Positions 11,001 through 21,357 of a DNA stretch of 64,000 bases are shown here, in pieces. The stretch covers positions 32,001 through 96,000 of IMG/VR virus record IMGVR_UViG_3300035670_000014; one strand, 5' to 3'. The translations under genes and the position numbers were made by a program. A model generated the notes under the pieces. That model saw nothing but the letters and a program-made list of their open reading frames with translations. It had not been told where the DNA came from and searched no databases. Source of the DNA: a virus. Each line of letters opens with the position of its first letter. Within the stretch, counting starts at the first letter, position 1.

Positions 11001-12568
11001 GAGCTTCCCTTAAAGAGCCTAGGACTTTAGCTGAAGTTGAAAGTCGAATACTTGAAAAGTATGAATCTCTTTTCAAGAGGGATGAGTTTTCAAGTGGTAA
11101 TAACCAGGTACAGCAAGCTAGCACAAGAGTGCTAGTAAACAGCAAAGGACTTGAGTTTCAGTTAGTCGAGCTTTTTGAAGAGTGCAAGTCTATCTCAAGA
11201 AAGATAGAAGAGCTTGCAAGTGATATATCAAATTGTAAAGACTCTAGCAGCTTTGAAATTGAAAAGCTAGAACAGAGAATTAAACTATCAAGTATAAAGA
11301 AAGAAAATAACCAGAGTAAAGCTTACTTCATAAGTCTATCTAATAACGACGAAGATTACTTTGACCTGGAAACTCAAGAGTTTAGTTCCTTTCTGATTAA
11401 AGGTGTAAATGGCTTTCTTACTTTAGAAGTAAACTCAGAAGTAGAAAGGCCTAAAGTTGCATCAATAGAAACAAGCCTGGGTGGGATCGGTTTACTGAGT
11501 GAAGCTGAGCTTAGCAACTATCTTCCCAGTGAAGTCCTGGTTAAAAGCAGCGATACTAAGAAAGTAGTTTATACTTTAAATCCTGATTTAATAAAACAGT
11601 TCTCAACAAGAATAATCCTAGATAAGCCATCACAAGTTAACTTTCTTAAGTTAAATAGTTTCCTTATACAAGACTTCAGTGATACCACTAGCTATTCACT
11701 TAATGTAAAGTTTAAGTTAAATGGAAAGCTTACGGCTGAGCAGACAGTTGCGCTCTCTTCAAGATCTACACTATATGCAGTAGACTCAGTAATATGCAAT
11801 GAAGTCCTGATTACAGGAGGCAGAGGTTTTATAACCTCTCAGCCATATACTGTTACTCTTAAAGAAAGACTACCGTCAATGCCCGATAGCGAGGCCCGGA
11901 GTCTTTTTCTTATAGAAGAAAATGAATCAAAGTTAAACTGCTATATGGTAGCAGGGGGACTTGATTTAATAAGCCTTGGCTGTGGTGAGAAGAATAATGG
12001 AGCCATAGGCATAATAGAAAGTAATATTCTCACTGGAACAAATAGCTTCATGATAGAAGGAGATGTTCCTTCCGAGAATGGAACCTATATTGATTGCATC
12101 TATGAGGAAATTGAAGTAGATGGAACTATTTCATATAGAGAAAGATTCCCGATAGCTTCAATTCTAGATGATGGACTTATTAGAGAGTATCTTACCTTGG
12201 TAGATACAACTCCATCTTTCTATTTCTATAGACCCTCTCTTAAAATTAAAAACTTCATAACTGCAACTACAGACTTTGAAGTCACTAAAAATGGAGGTTC
12301 AACATGGACTCCAATTGGAAGTGGTATTGTTGATGACTTTACATTATTAAGAATCAATCGACCACTCACGAGAGAGGAGACATTAATTACCTACGATGTA
12401 GACTACAGGGTGCCAGTAGATATTAAGAATAAGATTTCCATTGATGGCTATCGTTCATTTTCTGTTACCTCTGATGTTCCATATAGAATAAAAGTAGCAA
12501 TAAAAACTAAACCTGGAAGCATAGGCTCTCAGGTAAGAATGAATGAAATATACCTACTGGTTAAATAA
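10997..12568 (+). CDS. Structural protein, paralog 1 (N-terminal coiled coil + beta-sandwich)
   Basis: Heptad-rich N-terminus followed by F-I...G-x-L-T-L and a beta-rich region shared with the next two genes. Confidence 0.5.
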   Translation: MRASLKEPRTLAEVESRILEKYESLFKRDEFSSGNNQVQQASTRVLVNSKGLEFQLVELFEECKSISRKIEELASDISNCKDSSSFEIEKLEQRIKLSSIKKENNQSKAYFISLSNNDEDYFDLETQEFSSFLIKGVNGFLTLEVNSEVERPKVASIETSLGGIGLLSEAELSNYLPSEVLVKSSDTKKVVYTLNPDLIKQFSTRIILDKPSQVNFLKLNSFLIQDFSDTTSYSLNVKFKLNGKLTAEQTVALSSRSTLYAVDSVICNEVLITGGRGFITSQPYTVTLKERLPSMPDSEARSLFLIEENESKLNCYMVAGGLDLISLGCGEKNNGAIGIIESNILTGTNSFMIEGDVPSENGTYIDCIYEEIEVDGTISYRERFPIASILDDGLIREYLTLVDTTPSFYFYRPSLKIKNFITATTDFEVTKNGGSTWTPIGSGIVDDFTLLRINRPLTREETLITYDVDYRVPVDIKNKISIDGYRSFSVTSDVPYRIKVAIKTKPGSIGSQVRMNEIYLLVK

Positions 12569-15336
12569 TGGAACTGTTTCTAATAAAAGAGCTATCATTC
12601 CTGATTGAGTCTCTTCTTAATTCTAGTTCGACTTTGGAAAATAAGAGTCGTATACTAAGTCTTGTAAACATGAAGATTGACGAGATAGAGTCGCAGGAAA
12701 TCTTCTATAGGTTAAACTTATATAAGCCAGAGAATGCAAGTAAGTTTTCAAGCGGAGAAATCTTAACACTTGAAATATTGAGTGCCTATGCCAGGCAACT
12801 AATCATGCTCTCTAGTGCTCTTAACAAAGATTTAACTGAATCGTATAATCAATATCTCTATGAAAAAGAATCAATATTAAAACTAACTAGAGATTCTGAA
12901 ACTAAAATTAAAGCACTTGAAGCATATAGAGATCAAGTTAATACTTTCATAAATTTAGTTAATAGTAAGACTGACTGGCTAGTCGGGCAGTTAAATGTTG
13001 ATGATGCATTTAATGGAATCACCTTGCCAATTGTTAGAACTGAGGTTGTTACTCCAAAAGTAATTACTCCATTTCAAATAAATGGATCATCATTTGGTTT
13101 TCCTTATGATGTCAATTCTTACATTGATTCAGATGAAATAAAGTCAATAGTAGATAGTAATCCAAATACATTTTTTTCGTTTTCTAAAGTAAGAACAAGA
13201 ACATGCGAAGGTGGCTTTGAGTTTTCTTTTACAAGGCCAGAGATTATCAATGCAATAGAGATTGACCTTGTCAGTGATGGCTTTGGAAATGAAGTAAGCT
13301 TAGTAAACATAGAAGCAAAAAAGCCATCTGGCTTAAAAGAAACCATAGTAGTAAACAGAATTATAAACGGGAAAAGAATAACTGTAATTAATCCCATAGA
13401 AGTTATAAGTGTTAGACTTAACTTAAAGTCTTCTGGATCAAAAGAAATAGTAACCTCAGCAGGTCTAACTACAACTCAAGCTTCCTTTTCTGTAAAGGAA
13501 GCAAGATTAATTAGATTTACTTTTGAAACAGAAGGATCTCTTAAATCGAGAAACCTTGATGCAGCTAATTCTACTTTATTTATTAGTAAACTTGATACTG
13601 AAGAAACAAATCAGGAAGCATTCACTTCTGAAGTTATTATTAATTCAGAGCCACCTAGTAAGTTAAATCCTCTAGCTGATGATACCAATGATTTTGTAAA
13701 GACAAATTCTGTTTCTCCTGATCTAATATTAACCATAACGCGAAAAAATAGTTTTCAATTTTTAACCAATCTTACAGGAAAAGAAACTCCAACTGATACT
13801 TTATACTTAACTCGTACACCAACAGGATCAAATGCCGAAATTGTATTTGTTAATGAAGGTCTAGGACTACATAGAGTAGGGGCTTGTCAGTTAACAGGTT
13901 TAGATTTCAATAACGAATTAATGTTTCCTTTTGCTTCATCATTTGTTGACTCAACAAATAGCTACAAATACTTTGAAGTGCTAGATTACTCATTAGAACA
14001 GTTAGTAGGAAATATTAAAGTATACTCTTTAGGAAGGGAACTTTATCCAGGAATAAATGAACTGCCACTTAGCAGAGAGTACTGTATATTAAGTGGAGCA
14101 ACACCACAGATAGTGGTCAATGTATCAGATCTTCCTGATGATGGAAACTTATATGTTTCCTTTGAAAGGAAACAACCATACTGTTCCTATTCTGAAGATG
14201 GACTGGTAATAAACTTAAATGAACCAATATTTCCAGATGTTGAAACTGTAAAAGTATTCAATAAACTAAGCCCTGTTGTTTATACTGAAAGAAGTGTTTC
14301 ATCTGAAGATAGGAATTTTATTAGATTAACTAAAAAGAATATAGTGCCAGGAACAGTCAATCTCATTAACCTTGCAACCTCAACACCATTGGTTTATCAG
14401 GAAGTAGAATTCTTACCGGGTGATTTGCTAGAGAATGACAAGATATATATGAACTACAAAGATGGAGTTATATACTTTAACTACCGTGTACCTGAAGACC
14501 TACTTTGTAGATATCAATATCAAGAACTAAAAGAAGTGGAAGGAGTAAAGCTTTTAACCTCAACCAGAGACCTCGTAGAAGGGGTTCATTTGACCAATGA
14601 AAGCGTTCAAATTACAAGCACGAGGGAAGTTATAGCACTCAATGCCCAAGGCATACAGAAGCTTAAAAAAGGGCAGGTTATAAAAGGTTCCATAACAATA
14701 GAACAACCTGATTCATCTCTTAGGTTTAATGAGTTTCCATATAGAGATGGATGGGGTGAGTTTACAGATAGTAACAAAGTAAAAGTAACAGTAACAAGTA
14801 TAGTAAGAGTTGGTACTAATATATGGAAATGTAGTTTCAATGTTAATGGTGTGATTGATGCATCAGTTCCACTGGAACCTGAGTCTGAACTTCTTATGAG
14901 AGAAGTTCCTTATGCTCTTGCAGGAATATCTCTCCTAGGAATGGGAGAGTACATGGTCGACTTTGGTTCTAAGCAGATATACTTTTACTCAGAGTCAACG
15001 CCAGATTACTTTGATGTTAATGTTTCTTTTGAAATTTCTGGATCAAATGTTAGCTGGTCGTGTGATTATAAAAATGGAGTTTTATATTTTAGTAGTCCAG
15101 TAGCACTAAGTGGGTTTCTTAACTATCAAGCTTGTGAACTGGAAATTGGATATAAGCAAGCAAAGCCTTTAAAGATAAATAAAAAAACAAATGATTTTAT
15201 AGAAATAAATTATGCAGGCATAGATCAAGAGAAAGATATTATTATTGTAAAAATAATACAAGAGAAAGAAAAGCTAGAAAAGCTTATTTCATACTATAGT
15301 CCTGTAATTAAATCTCTTGTTATAGGTAGGATATGA
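12568..15336 (+). CDS. Structural protein, paralog 2 (coiled coil + beta-sandwich + repeated xDY/F-x-x-G-x-I/L-Y-F units)
   Basis: TAATG-coupled. Internal repeats MNYKDGVIYF / VDFGSKQIYF / CDYKNGVLYF are typical of baseplate/tail proteins. Confidence 0.55.
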   Translation: MELFLIKELSFLIESLLNSSSTLENKSRILSLVNMKIDEIESQEIFYRLNLYKPENASKFSSGEILTLEILSAYARQLIMLSSALNKDLTESYNQYLYEKESILKLTRDSETKIKALEAYRDQVNTFINLVNSKTDWLVGQLNVDDAFNGITLPIVRTEVVTPKVITPFQINGSSFGFPYDVNSYIDSDEIKSIVDSNPNTFFSFSKVRTRTCEGGFEFSFTRPEIINAIEIDLVSDGFGNEVSLVNIEAKKPSGLKETIVVNRIINGKRITVINPIEVISVRLNLKSSGSKEIVTSAGLTTTQASFSVKEARLIRFTFETEGSLKSRNLDAANSTLFISKLDTEETNQEAFTSEVIINSEPPSKLNPLADDTNDFVKTNSVSPDLILTITRKNSFQFLTNLTGKETPTDTLYLTRTPTGSNAEIVFVNEGLGLHRVGACQLTGLDFNNELMFPFASSFVDSTNSYKYFEVLDYSLEQLVGNIKVYSLGRELYPGINELPLSREYCILSGATPQIVVNVSDLPDDGNLYVSFERKQPYCSYSEDGLVINLNEPIFPDVETVKVFNKLSPVVYTERSVSSEDRNFIRLTKKNIVPGTVNLINLATSTPLVYQEVEFLPGDLLENDKIYMNYKDGVIYFNYRVPEDLLCRYQYQELKEVEGVKLLTSTRDLVEGVHLTNESVQITSTREVIALNAQGIQKLKKGQVIKGSITIEQPDSSLRFNEFPYRDGWGEFTDSNKVKVTVTSIVRVGTNIWKCSFNVNGVIDASVPLEPESELLMREVPYALAGISLLGMGEYMVDFGSKQIYFYSESTPDYFDVNVSFEISGSNVSWSCDYKNGVLYFSSPVALSGFLNYQACELEIGYKQAKPLKINKKTNDFIEINYAGIDQEKDIIIVKIIQEKEKLEKLISYYSPVIKSLVIGRI

Positions 15337-17243
15337 ATAGACTTGAGTCACTATATATAAAAGAAATCTCAAGTCTTGCACTTGAAAGGTACCTTTATAA
15401 TAAGGTTTGTCCTACAGTTGAACAGGTAGAGATTCAAATAAGAGAACTACAGTCTATCTATAAAAAGATAGGTAGATCTCCATTAACTGGGCAAGTAAGA
15501 GATAGGTTTTCTCCGTTTAAAAAATCTTCACTAGAAGATATACAGAGCACAATAAATGAGCCAATCATAGACTTAACTGTTCTCAGAAAAGTAATAATTG
15601 ATGGCTATAGAGATTTAATAAATCTGCAATATGAATGGGATAGAGATTCTAAATATATAGAATCAATATTAAAAACTATAAATGAAAAGATTACCTTCCT
15701 TCTTTTTGAGGAAGGTAATAGTGAAGGATTCTTTGAATCTTTTATAGATAGATTCGAGACACTATCTTTAGTAAATCAAGTTGATACAAGTTGCTTTGTA
15801 AACACTGGTTCTGGTTTTGTATCCTTGGGCTACAAAGCAGGATTAACTCCAAAGATAGATATAAGTGGAAGTATAACTTCTATTGCTTTTGTAGGTAATA
15901 GAGGAACAGGAAGCCTAAGTTTACCACTGATAGCACAGTCGGGTAGTAGGCTTTCTTATATATTAAATGGCTCAAGGCAAGGCTATATTGCTACAGGTCA
16001 AACAAGTAGCCCAATAGACTCTGCAAGTGCAACTATAAATATACAGTTGCCAGGAGTATTTAATGTTTCAAGGGTAGAAATAGAAAGAATAAGAAGAGAG
16101 TATGGATCTACATCAATTCGATGCTTTGTAAGTTCTGATGGAATTGACTTTATTGATATGGGAAGTCAAAGCTACAGTGATAATGCAATATTTAGCTTTG
16201 GATCTCAAGAAGTTAAAGAAATAAACTTACTTATATTTAAGCCAACATACGATGCTTACTCAACAGAGAGTGGGCTATATGAATTCTTTCTAGATATGAA
16301 AGAAGTAAAGCTATTTAATGAGACAGATGCATTTGATCAAAATAAAAATACATTTAAATCTGTAAGCTATACCTCACTTAATAACTTTAATAAGGCAGCC
16401 TTAGAGGTATGTGAGGTAATAAGTGAATCTACCTCAATAGATTACTTTCTTAATGGAATACAGGTAACACCAGTAAACAAAGAAGGAAGCTACCCGAAGG
16501 TAATTCAATTCAACCCTTCCAGGGTTGAGACAAACCTTACAACAGGAACATTGATAGAAGAAGGAATTCTGAGGACAGGGGTTATAAATACTTTTGGAAT
16601 GGCAAGATTTCCATTTACTGATTCCAAAGTTTGGTGTATAAACTTAAACCTACCTAAGAGTAATCTGAAAAAAGTAAGCGTTTATAGAAACTGGAGAGAG
16701 CTATCTATAAATGAAGATGTAGAACCCTGGGCTGTATCTGGTACCTTTCTTAAAGCATATGTAAAGATAGATGAAGTCTGGACACTGAAGACAATAGAAA
16801 GAAGAAGATCAACTACAGTGTTAGGCGGGGCAACTTCTGAGTTTGATCTTAGATCTAAAGACCCACTCTTTCCTAGCAATATGAAACTTATGGCTGAGGG
16901 TTACAGGTATGGAGCAGGCTATATAGGGATAAAGCCCTATCCAGAAAGCCGGGAAATATGCGAGAAAGTTTTAACTCAAGCAATGACCTTAAATGAGTTA
17001 ACACTTGATCTTGATAATAAGTTCTATATTACAGATTATCTGGAAAGCCCGACTGAGCCTTATGTTAATATTTTAGTAGGAGAACCTGAATCGCGAGCTA
17101 CAATAGAATCAAAAGTGTTTTATGTTGTAGCTGAGTATACAACAGATGGAATTAACTCTATTGAGTTAACTGCCAAGTTTAATAGTAGAGAAGAAGGACT
17201 GTCTCCTTTATTGATTTCATATTCTATAAAAGTAGGTAACTAA
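15333..17243 (+). CDS. Structural protein, paralog 3 (coiled coil + discoidin-like beta-sandwich)
   Basis: ATGA-coupled. FIDRF...VNTGSGFVSLG and IRCFVSSDGIDF (F5/8-type-like) motifs; C-terminus SPLLISYSIKV. Confidence 0.5.
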   Translation: MNRLESLYIKEISSLALERYLYNKVCPTVEQVEIQIRELQSIYKKIGRSPLTGQVRDRFSPFKKSSLEDIQSTINEPIIDLTVLRKVIIDGYRDLINLQYEWDRDSKYIESILKTINEKITFLLFEEGNSEGFFESFIDRFETLSLVNQVDTSCFVNTGSGFVSLGYKAGLTPKIDISGSITSIAFVGNRGTGSLSLPLIAQSGSRLSYILNGSRQGYIATGQTSSPIDSASATINIQLPGVFNVSRVEIERIRREYGSTSIRCFVSSDGIDFIDMGSQSYSDNAIFSFGSQEVKEINLLIFKPTYDAYSTESGLYEFFLDMKEVKLFNETDAFDQNKNTFKSVSYTSLNNFNKAALEVCEVISESTSIDYFLNGIQVTPVNKEGSYPKVIQFNPSRVETNLTTGTLIEEGILRTGVINTFGMARFPFTDSKVWCINLNLPKSNLKKVSVYRNWRELSINEDVEPWAVSGTFLKAYVKIDEVWTLKTIERRRSTTVLGGATSEFDLRSKDPLFPSNMKLMAEGYRYGAGYIGIKPYPESREICEKVLTQAMTLNELTLDLDNKFYITDYLESPTEPYVNILVGEPESRATIESKVFYVVAEYTTDGINSIELTAKFNSREEGLSPLLISYSIKVGN

Positions 17244-18616
17244 TGGCTACAGGAGATAAAATTGGAGGCATGAGCCTTGGCTCATCTGTAAAAACAAATG
17301 CCTCCATAGCAGAAAGGTTCTTTAATAGTTACATATCAAATGTAACTTCAAAGATCAATGAAATAGTTCATTTTGTCTATGCTTATGATTCTTCAGGGAA
17401 AGGCGGCGTACTAAATACACCAACAGATCCAAGATATACCTTAGGCATTAACTTCTCAACAGAGAAAGGTATAAGTCCTATTTCATCTGGTATAGACGGA
17501 ACTAGTATCTATACTTTCTCAAGTACAGAGATGATAGCAGGAAAGAAAGCGTATGAAACGCTAAATCCTGTATTCTGGAAACAGGATTCACTATCTCCTT
17601 CCAGTACAAGGCCCAGGACTATTTACGAGACATTCCTTTCAGTGATGTCAAGATTTGATTCTCAGCTAGAAGCTATAAGGAGTCAAATAGTAGTTAGCTC
17701 TTCTCCAGGTGGAGTAAGCGAATATACAAAAGCTTTCATAGGCCAGGAAGCATTTAGTCCGACTGGAATAAATGCCACAGCATCAATGGCCTATAGGATT
17801 AATTATTTATCAGCCAAAATAAATGAAATAAAAGAAGATGTATACGGAGACCAGCATAACCTTAGAAGTGGGCTGGATAATACTGGGCAGTCAGTATGGT
17901 CCTTGTTACAAATAGTTGATACCCTACTTGAGCTACATGGTGGAGCGGATTACATGTCAGAGTATACATGGGAAAACCCCATAGTACTAAATCATGATTC
18001 CGTAGAAGATTTAATTACTGAAGCTATTACTGAAGTTGACGATAGAATTTCGGATTTAGAATCTAGTATTGCTGTAGTAAAAAGCGGGATAGAGGGAAAT
18101 CTATCCGTGATGGGTATTCAAGATTTATTCCTTCAAGCCTCAAGTAATCATTTAGAAAATACTTATGGAGTAGATCCACCTAGTAATGTCGGTCCGATAG
18201 ATGACTGGAATCCCTCAGTTGGAGTATTACTTGGTTTATTTACAAGATTAACTACTCTGGTAAGCACAACACTAAACTTTAGTACCTCAGCATTAACATC
18301 AATAGATAGTAATTATAGTGTACAAGTTGTCCCTGCTGCATCATCTCCATCTGTAAGATCTCTAATAGTAGATGAAGGAAATGATGAAGTAAAGAATTTT
18401 ATAACACTCTTTCTTGTAGCGCCTAAAGGAAGTGGGGATAATTTTGAGTTTAGCTTAAAAAATGGAGCAACTACGACCTTGATGCATACTTGTAATAACA
18501 CAACCACTTTTAGTTTGATTGTGTTAATTAGGGTTTGGGATTCAGCTCTTGGAAAGTCTAAATATTCCTCTATTAAGTTTGATGATTTAAAAATGATTGC
18601 TAACGCCTGGACTTAA
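17243..18616 (+). CDS. Putative virion protein with a central coiled coil
   Basis: TAATG-coupled 457-aa ORF. Confidence 0.5.
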   Translation: MATGDKIGGMSLGSSVKTNASIAERFFNSYISNVTSKINEIVHFVYAYDSSGKGGVLNTPTDPRYTLGINFSTEKGISPISSGIDGTSIYTFSSTEMIAGKKAYETLNPVFWKQDSLSPSSTRPRTIYETFLSVMSRFDSQLEAIRSQIVVSSSPGGVSEYTKAFIGQEAFSPTGINATASMAYRINYLSAKINEIKEDVYGDQHNLRSGLDNTGQSVWSLLQIVDTLLELHGGADYMSEYTWENPIVLNHDSVEDLITEAITEVDDRISDLESSIAVVKSGIEGNLSVMGIQDLFLQASSNHLENTYGVDPPSNVGPIDDWNPSVGVLLGLFTRLTTLVSTTLNFSTSALTSIDSNYSVQVVPAASSPSVRSLIVDEGNDEVKNFITLFLVAPKGSGDNFEFSLKNGATTTLMHTCNNTTTFSLIVLIRVWDSALGKSKYSSIKFDDLKMIANAWT

Positions 18617-18617
18617 T

Positions 18618-18953
18618 ATGCCATATCATTATCTAAATAATACAGATATATCTGGAGGAGGTGGTGGTGGAGGTACACTTGGTGTAGCCACTGTTTGGGC
18701 CACTGCTCCAACTATTACATTCCCGACTACCTCTCTAAGAGATGGAGATATATTCTCAGCAGACTCCTTAGGATTTACAGGATCAAGTGGAACTTTTAGA
18801 TATGACCTGGATGCTGGTATCTGGTTTCTTATATATGGAGTATTTGCAACAGAAGCAGATATGACTTCCTTTACTACTGATGTAGACAATGACATAGCAG
18901 AAGATGCAGTTCTAATTGTAAGTTCTGACCTATCAGGAGACTTAATCTCATGA
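18618..18953 (+). CDS. Small protein carrying most of one copy of the fibre repeat
   Basis: ATG at 18618 right after the previous stop. Poly-Gly linker then RDGD...G..RY..G.W.LI.G.F.T.A.M..F, matching the repeat in the next gene. Confidence 0.6.
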   Translation: MPYHYLNNTDISGGGGGGGTLGVATVWATAPTITFPTTSLRDGDIFSADSLGFTGSSGTFRYDLDAGIWFLIYGVFATEADMTSFTTDVDNDIAEDAVLIVSSDLSGDLIS

Positions 18954-21055
18954 GCTCTATTCCCTATATAAGAGAAGGTTCTTCTAATGTGAGAATGCCT
19001 AAAGACTATGGGTATGTATATGCTCAGGTTAATGACTGGGCTAGTCTAGAAGATTTAGTAGATCCCAAAGAAGGAGATATAGCTTACATCCAAGACCTTC
19101 CTACTGGAGGTGGAGGGGGGCTTGGTATGGTTTTGGGAGGCGAAGCAATCTATACTGGTGGTAGCTGGAAGTTAAGAAGAGCACAAGGACTTACAAAAGC
19201 TGCACTAGATGCATATCTTGATAGTGGAGAATATGGTTATGAGGCAATAGTTGGTTGCATAGGAGTTGTCCGTGTAACTCCATATGCTGATGCAAGTTCC
19301 AAATATTACTACTGGACTGGAAGCGAATGGCTACGTACTCCAGATGGAACTGGGTATATCCACCCTAGTGTTCCAAACTGGGATACTCTTCCTTCAGATA
19401 ATGTACAAGATGAGGATCAAGTTTTTGTTAACTCTCTTGATGATGTAGAAACTAGTAATGGAATTGCTAAGTGGTCCGAGTCAGATGAAGAATGGAAACT
19501 CCAAGAAGTAACTTATTCAGGTTGGAATCCATATACATTTAGTACTGCTTTTGCGGGCACTATTACAAATGGAGCCATTATTCGGACAGACGATGGGTCA
19601 TGGGAGGCGCCTCTTTATTTTTGGAATACTGTTGGATCTGACTGGATAAGGTCGCCTGAAAATGTTAACTATCTCTGGCCTCAAACTATTCCGGGTACTT
19701 GGGCTTCTCTTAATACAGATGGCAAGCTTAATGCGGATCGCATCTCAGTACCTAACTGGACTACAGGTGGCAGTGATGGCGTTGCACAATACGATGGCTC
19801 CGAGTGGAAGTTAGTAGAAGGTGTGGTTGATACCATTGCAAATCTTCTCGCCTTTACCGGGGAAAAAGAACCGGGAGCTAAAGTTACTGTAGGAACTGGT
19901 ATAGCAGCTGACCCTGTATATTTCTGGAGCGGCACTGGGTGGTTGCGAACTGCAGATCAGTCGCACTACATCTGGCCGCAGGTTAACAACTGGAGCGAGC
20001 TGACTACGCTACGACCTCATGCTATAAACAATGACGAAGTGCCTGTGCATACGCTTAACGTTTCTCAATCTAGCGGCACGGCGCAGTTGCATGGTGGTAC
20101 TTGGAAGCTAATTGAAGGAAAGTGGCCATCTGTAACTGACATGAACGACTGGGATGAAGGAGACATTCATTCGGGTGCAATAGCTTATGTGGACCCGACC
20201 CATCAGTATGATCAGGACTCAACTGTTTATTATTACACAGGTGGAGCTTGGGTTGCCACTCAGCCTGCTGGAGTTACAAAGGTTCACACCATTTCCTCCA
20301 TTTATGATTTTAGCGCGAGCGGTTTGGCCGATGGGGACTATGGCGTTCTGACTCCATCTGGCGGCTCTCCTATCGTGCTAAGGTACAAAGCGGCGTGTAC
20401 GATTGCGGCTGGCGGTACCCGTGCTGTCTGGATGACTCCTACTGCGTATGCTGGAAGTCCAGTTTTGCAAGCGTGGACCGACGGAACAGAAAACAATTCA
20501 ACCTTGGCCTCACAAGGGTGGACATTAGCTATTGGAACAGGCTGTACTCTTGGGCCAACTGGAGGCTATCAAAGAATGGCAACGCCCGGTTCTCAAGTTA
20601 GCGTATCGTTGGCTGCAATGTCCGGTGCGATAACATCGACCACAAAAGTAGAGTCGATTTATGAATGTAGAGGGTCAATTCCGGGAGGTTCAACTGTGCG
20701 ATCTAAACAGTTTTATCTTGCGGATGGAGTAAATGGCTATTCCATTGGTGACTCAGGCGCAGGCGGTTCCAATGGATATGGGTATCGACAAGCAGCTACT
20801 GGTGCGATTGTAAACACCCCTATTCGAGACGTTACAAGCGCAAGAATACCAGCGTTGGCGGCTACCCCATTTGTTTGTGTTGCCAGAGACGAAGGTAGAA
20901 CGGTTTTTGCATCTCTTTCAGTTAATGGAAATGCGTTTGCCGACTACCGAAGAAATCTTGGTAGTATCGCAGCCAGTATTTTTTATGTTTACATAACAGG
21001 CGATATTACTGCACCAATTACAATGGACTACCGAGGTCAGGTTCTCACCTATTAG
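18950..21055 (+). CDS. Tail fibre / receptor-binding protein built from about 100-115-aa Trp-rich repeats
   Basis: SD AGGAGA upstream. Four full repeats (Y-x-W/H-P-x-V-x-x-W...WKL...YY/FW-x-G-x-x-WLR-T/S-P/A-D) and a distinct C-terminal domain. Confidence 0.65.
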   Translation: MSSIPYIREGSSNVRMPKDYGYVYAQVNDWASLEDLVDPKEGDIAYIQDLPTGGGGGLGMVLGGEAIYTGGSWKLRRAQGLTKAALDAYLDSGEYGYEAIVGCIGVVRVTPYADASSKYYYWTGSEWLRTPDGTGYIHPSVPNWDTLPSDNVQDEDQVFVNSLDDVETSNGIAKWSESDEEWKLQEVTYSGWNPYTFSTAFAGTITNGAIIRTDDGSWEAPLYFWNTVGSDWIRSPENVNYLWPQTIPGTWASLNTDGKLNADRISVPNWTTGGSDGVAQYDGSEWKLVEGVVDTIANLLAFTGEKEPGAKVTVGTGIAADPVYFWSGTGWLRTADQSHYIWPQVNNWSELTTLRPHAINNDEVPVHTLNVSQSSGTAQLHGGTWKLIEGKWPSVTDMNDWDEGDIHSGAIAYVDPTHQYDQDSTVYYYTGGAWVATQPAGVTKVHTISSIYDFSASGLADGDYGVLTPSGGSPIVLRYKAACTIAAGGTRAVWMTPTAYAGSPVLQAWTDGTENNSTLASQGWTLAIGTGCTLGPTGGYQRMATPGSQVSVSLAAMSGAITSTTKVESIYECRGSIPGGSTVRSKQFYLADGVNGYSIGDSGAGGSNGYGYRQAATGAIVNTPIRDVTSARIPALAATPFVCVARDEGRTVFASLSVNGNAFADYRRNLGSIAASIFYVYITGDITAPITMDYRGQVLTY

Positions 21056-21062
21056 GACAAGT

Positions 21063-21299
21063 ATGCAGATTATAGCAAAGTATAGGCATCAGTTTTTAAA
21101 TGAATTAAAATCATACACAATTCATTTAGTAGATAACATTTGTACTTGTACCGAAGATGGCACTGAAGATGCGGTAGTTCTAAACTGGAATGGTGAATCA
21201 GTTTCTGGTAATTTGTCGGATGAAGTATTGAACGGGGTGTCAGCTTTAATTACAAAAACGATACAAGACGTAAGCGCAGCTGGATTATTATTAGTTTAA
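21063..21299 (+). CDS. Small protein, possibly a fibre assembly chaperone
   Basis: SD AGGA; position directly after the fibre gene. Function is inferred from position only. Confidence 0.45.
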   Translation: MQIIAKYRHQFLNELKSYTIHLVDNICTCTEDGTEDAVVLNWNGESVSGNLSDEVLNGVSALITKTIQDVSAAGLLLV

Positions 21300-21357
21300 A
21301 AAACTCATATACATAATTAAGGAATATCATGATCTATCTTGCTTTTAAAGCCGCCTA

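Noticed and set aside
18950-21055. Diversity-generating retroelement targeting the fibre
   Set aside because: No reverse transcriptase and no adenine-variant template repeat seen in the window.
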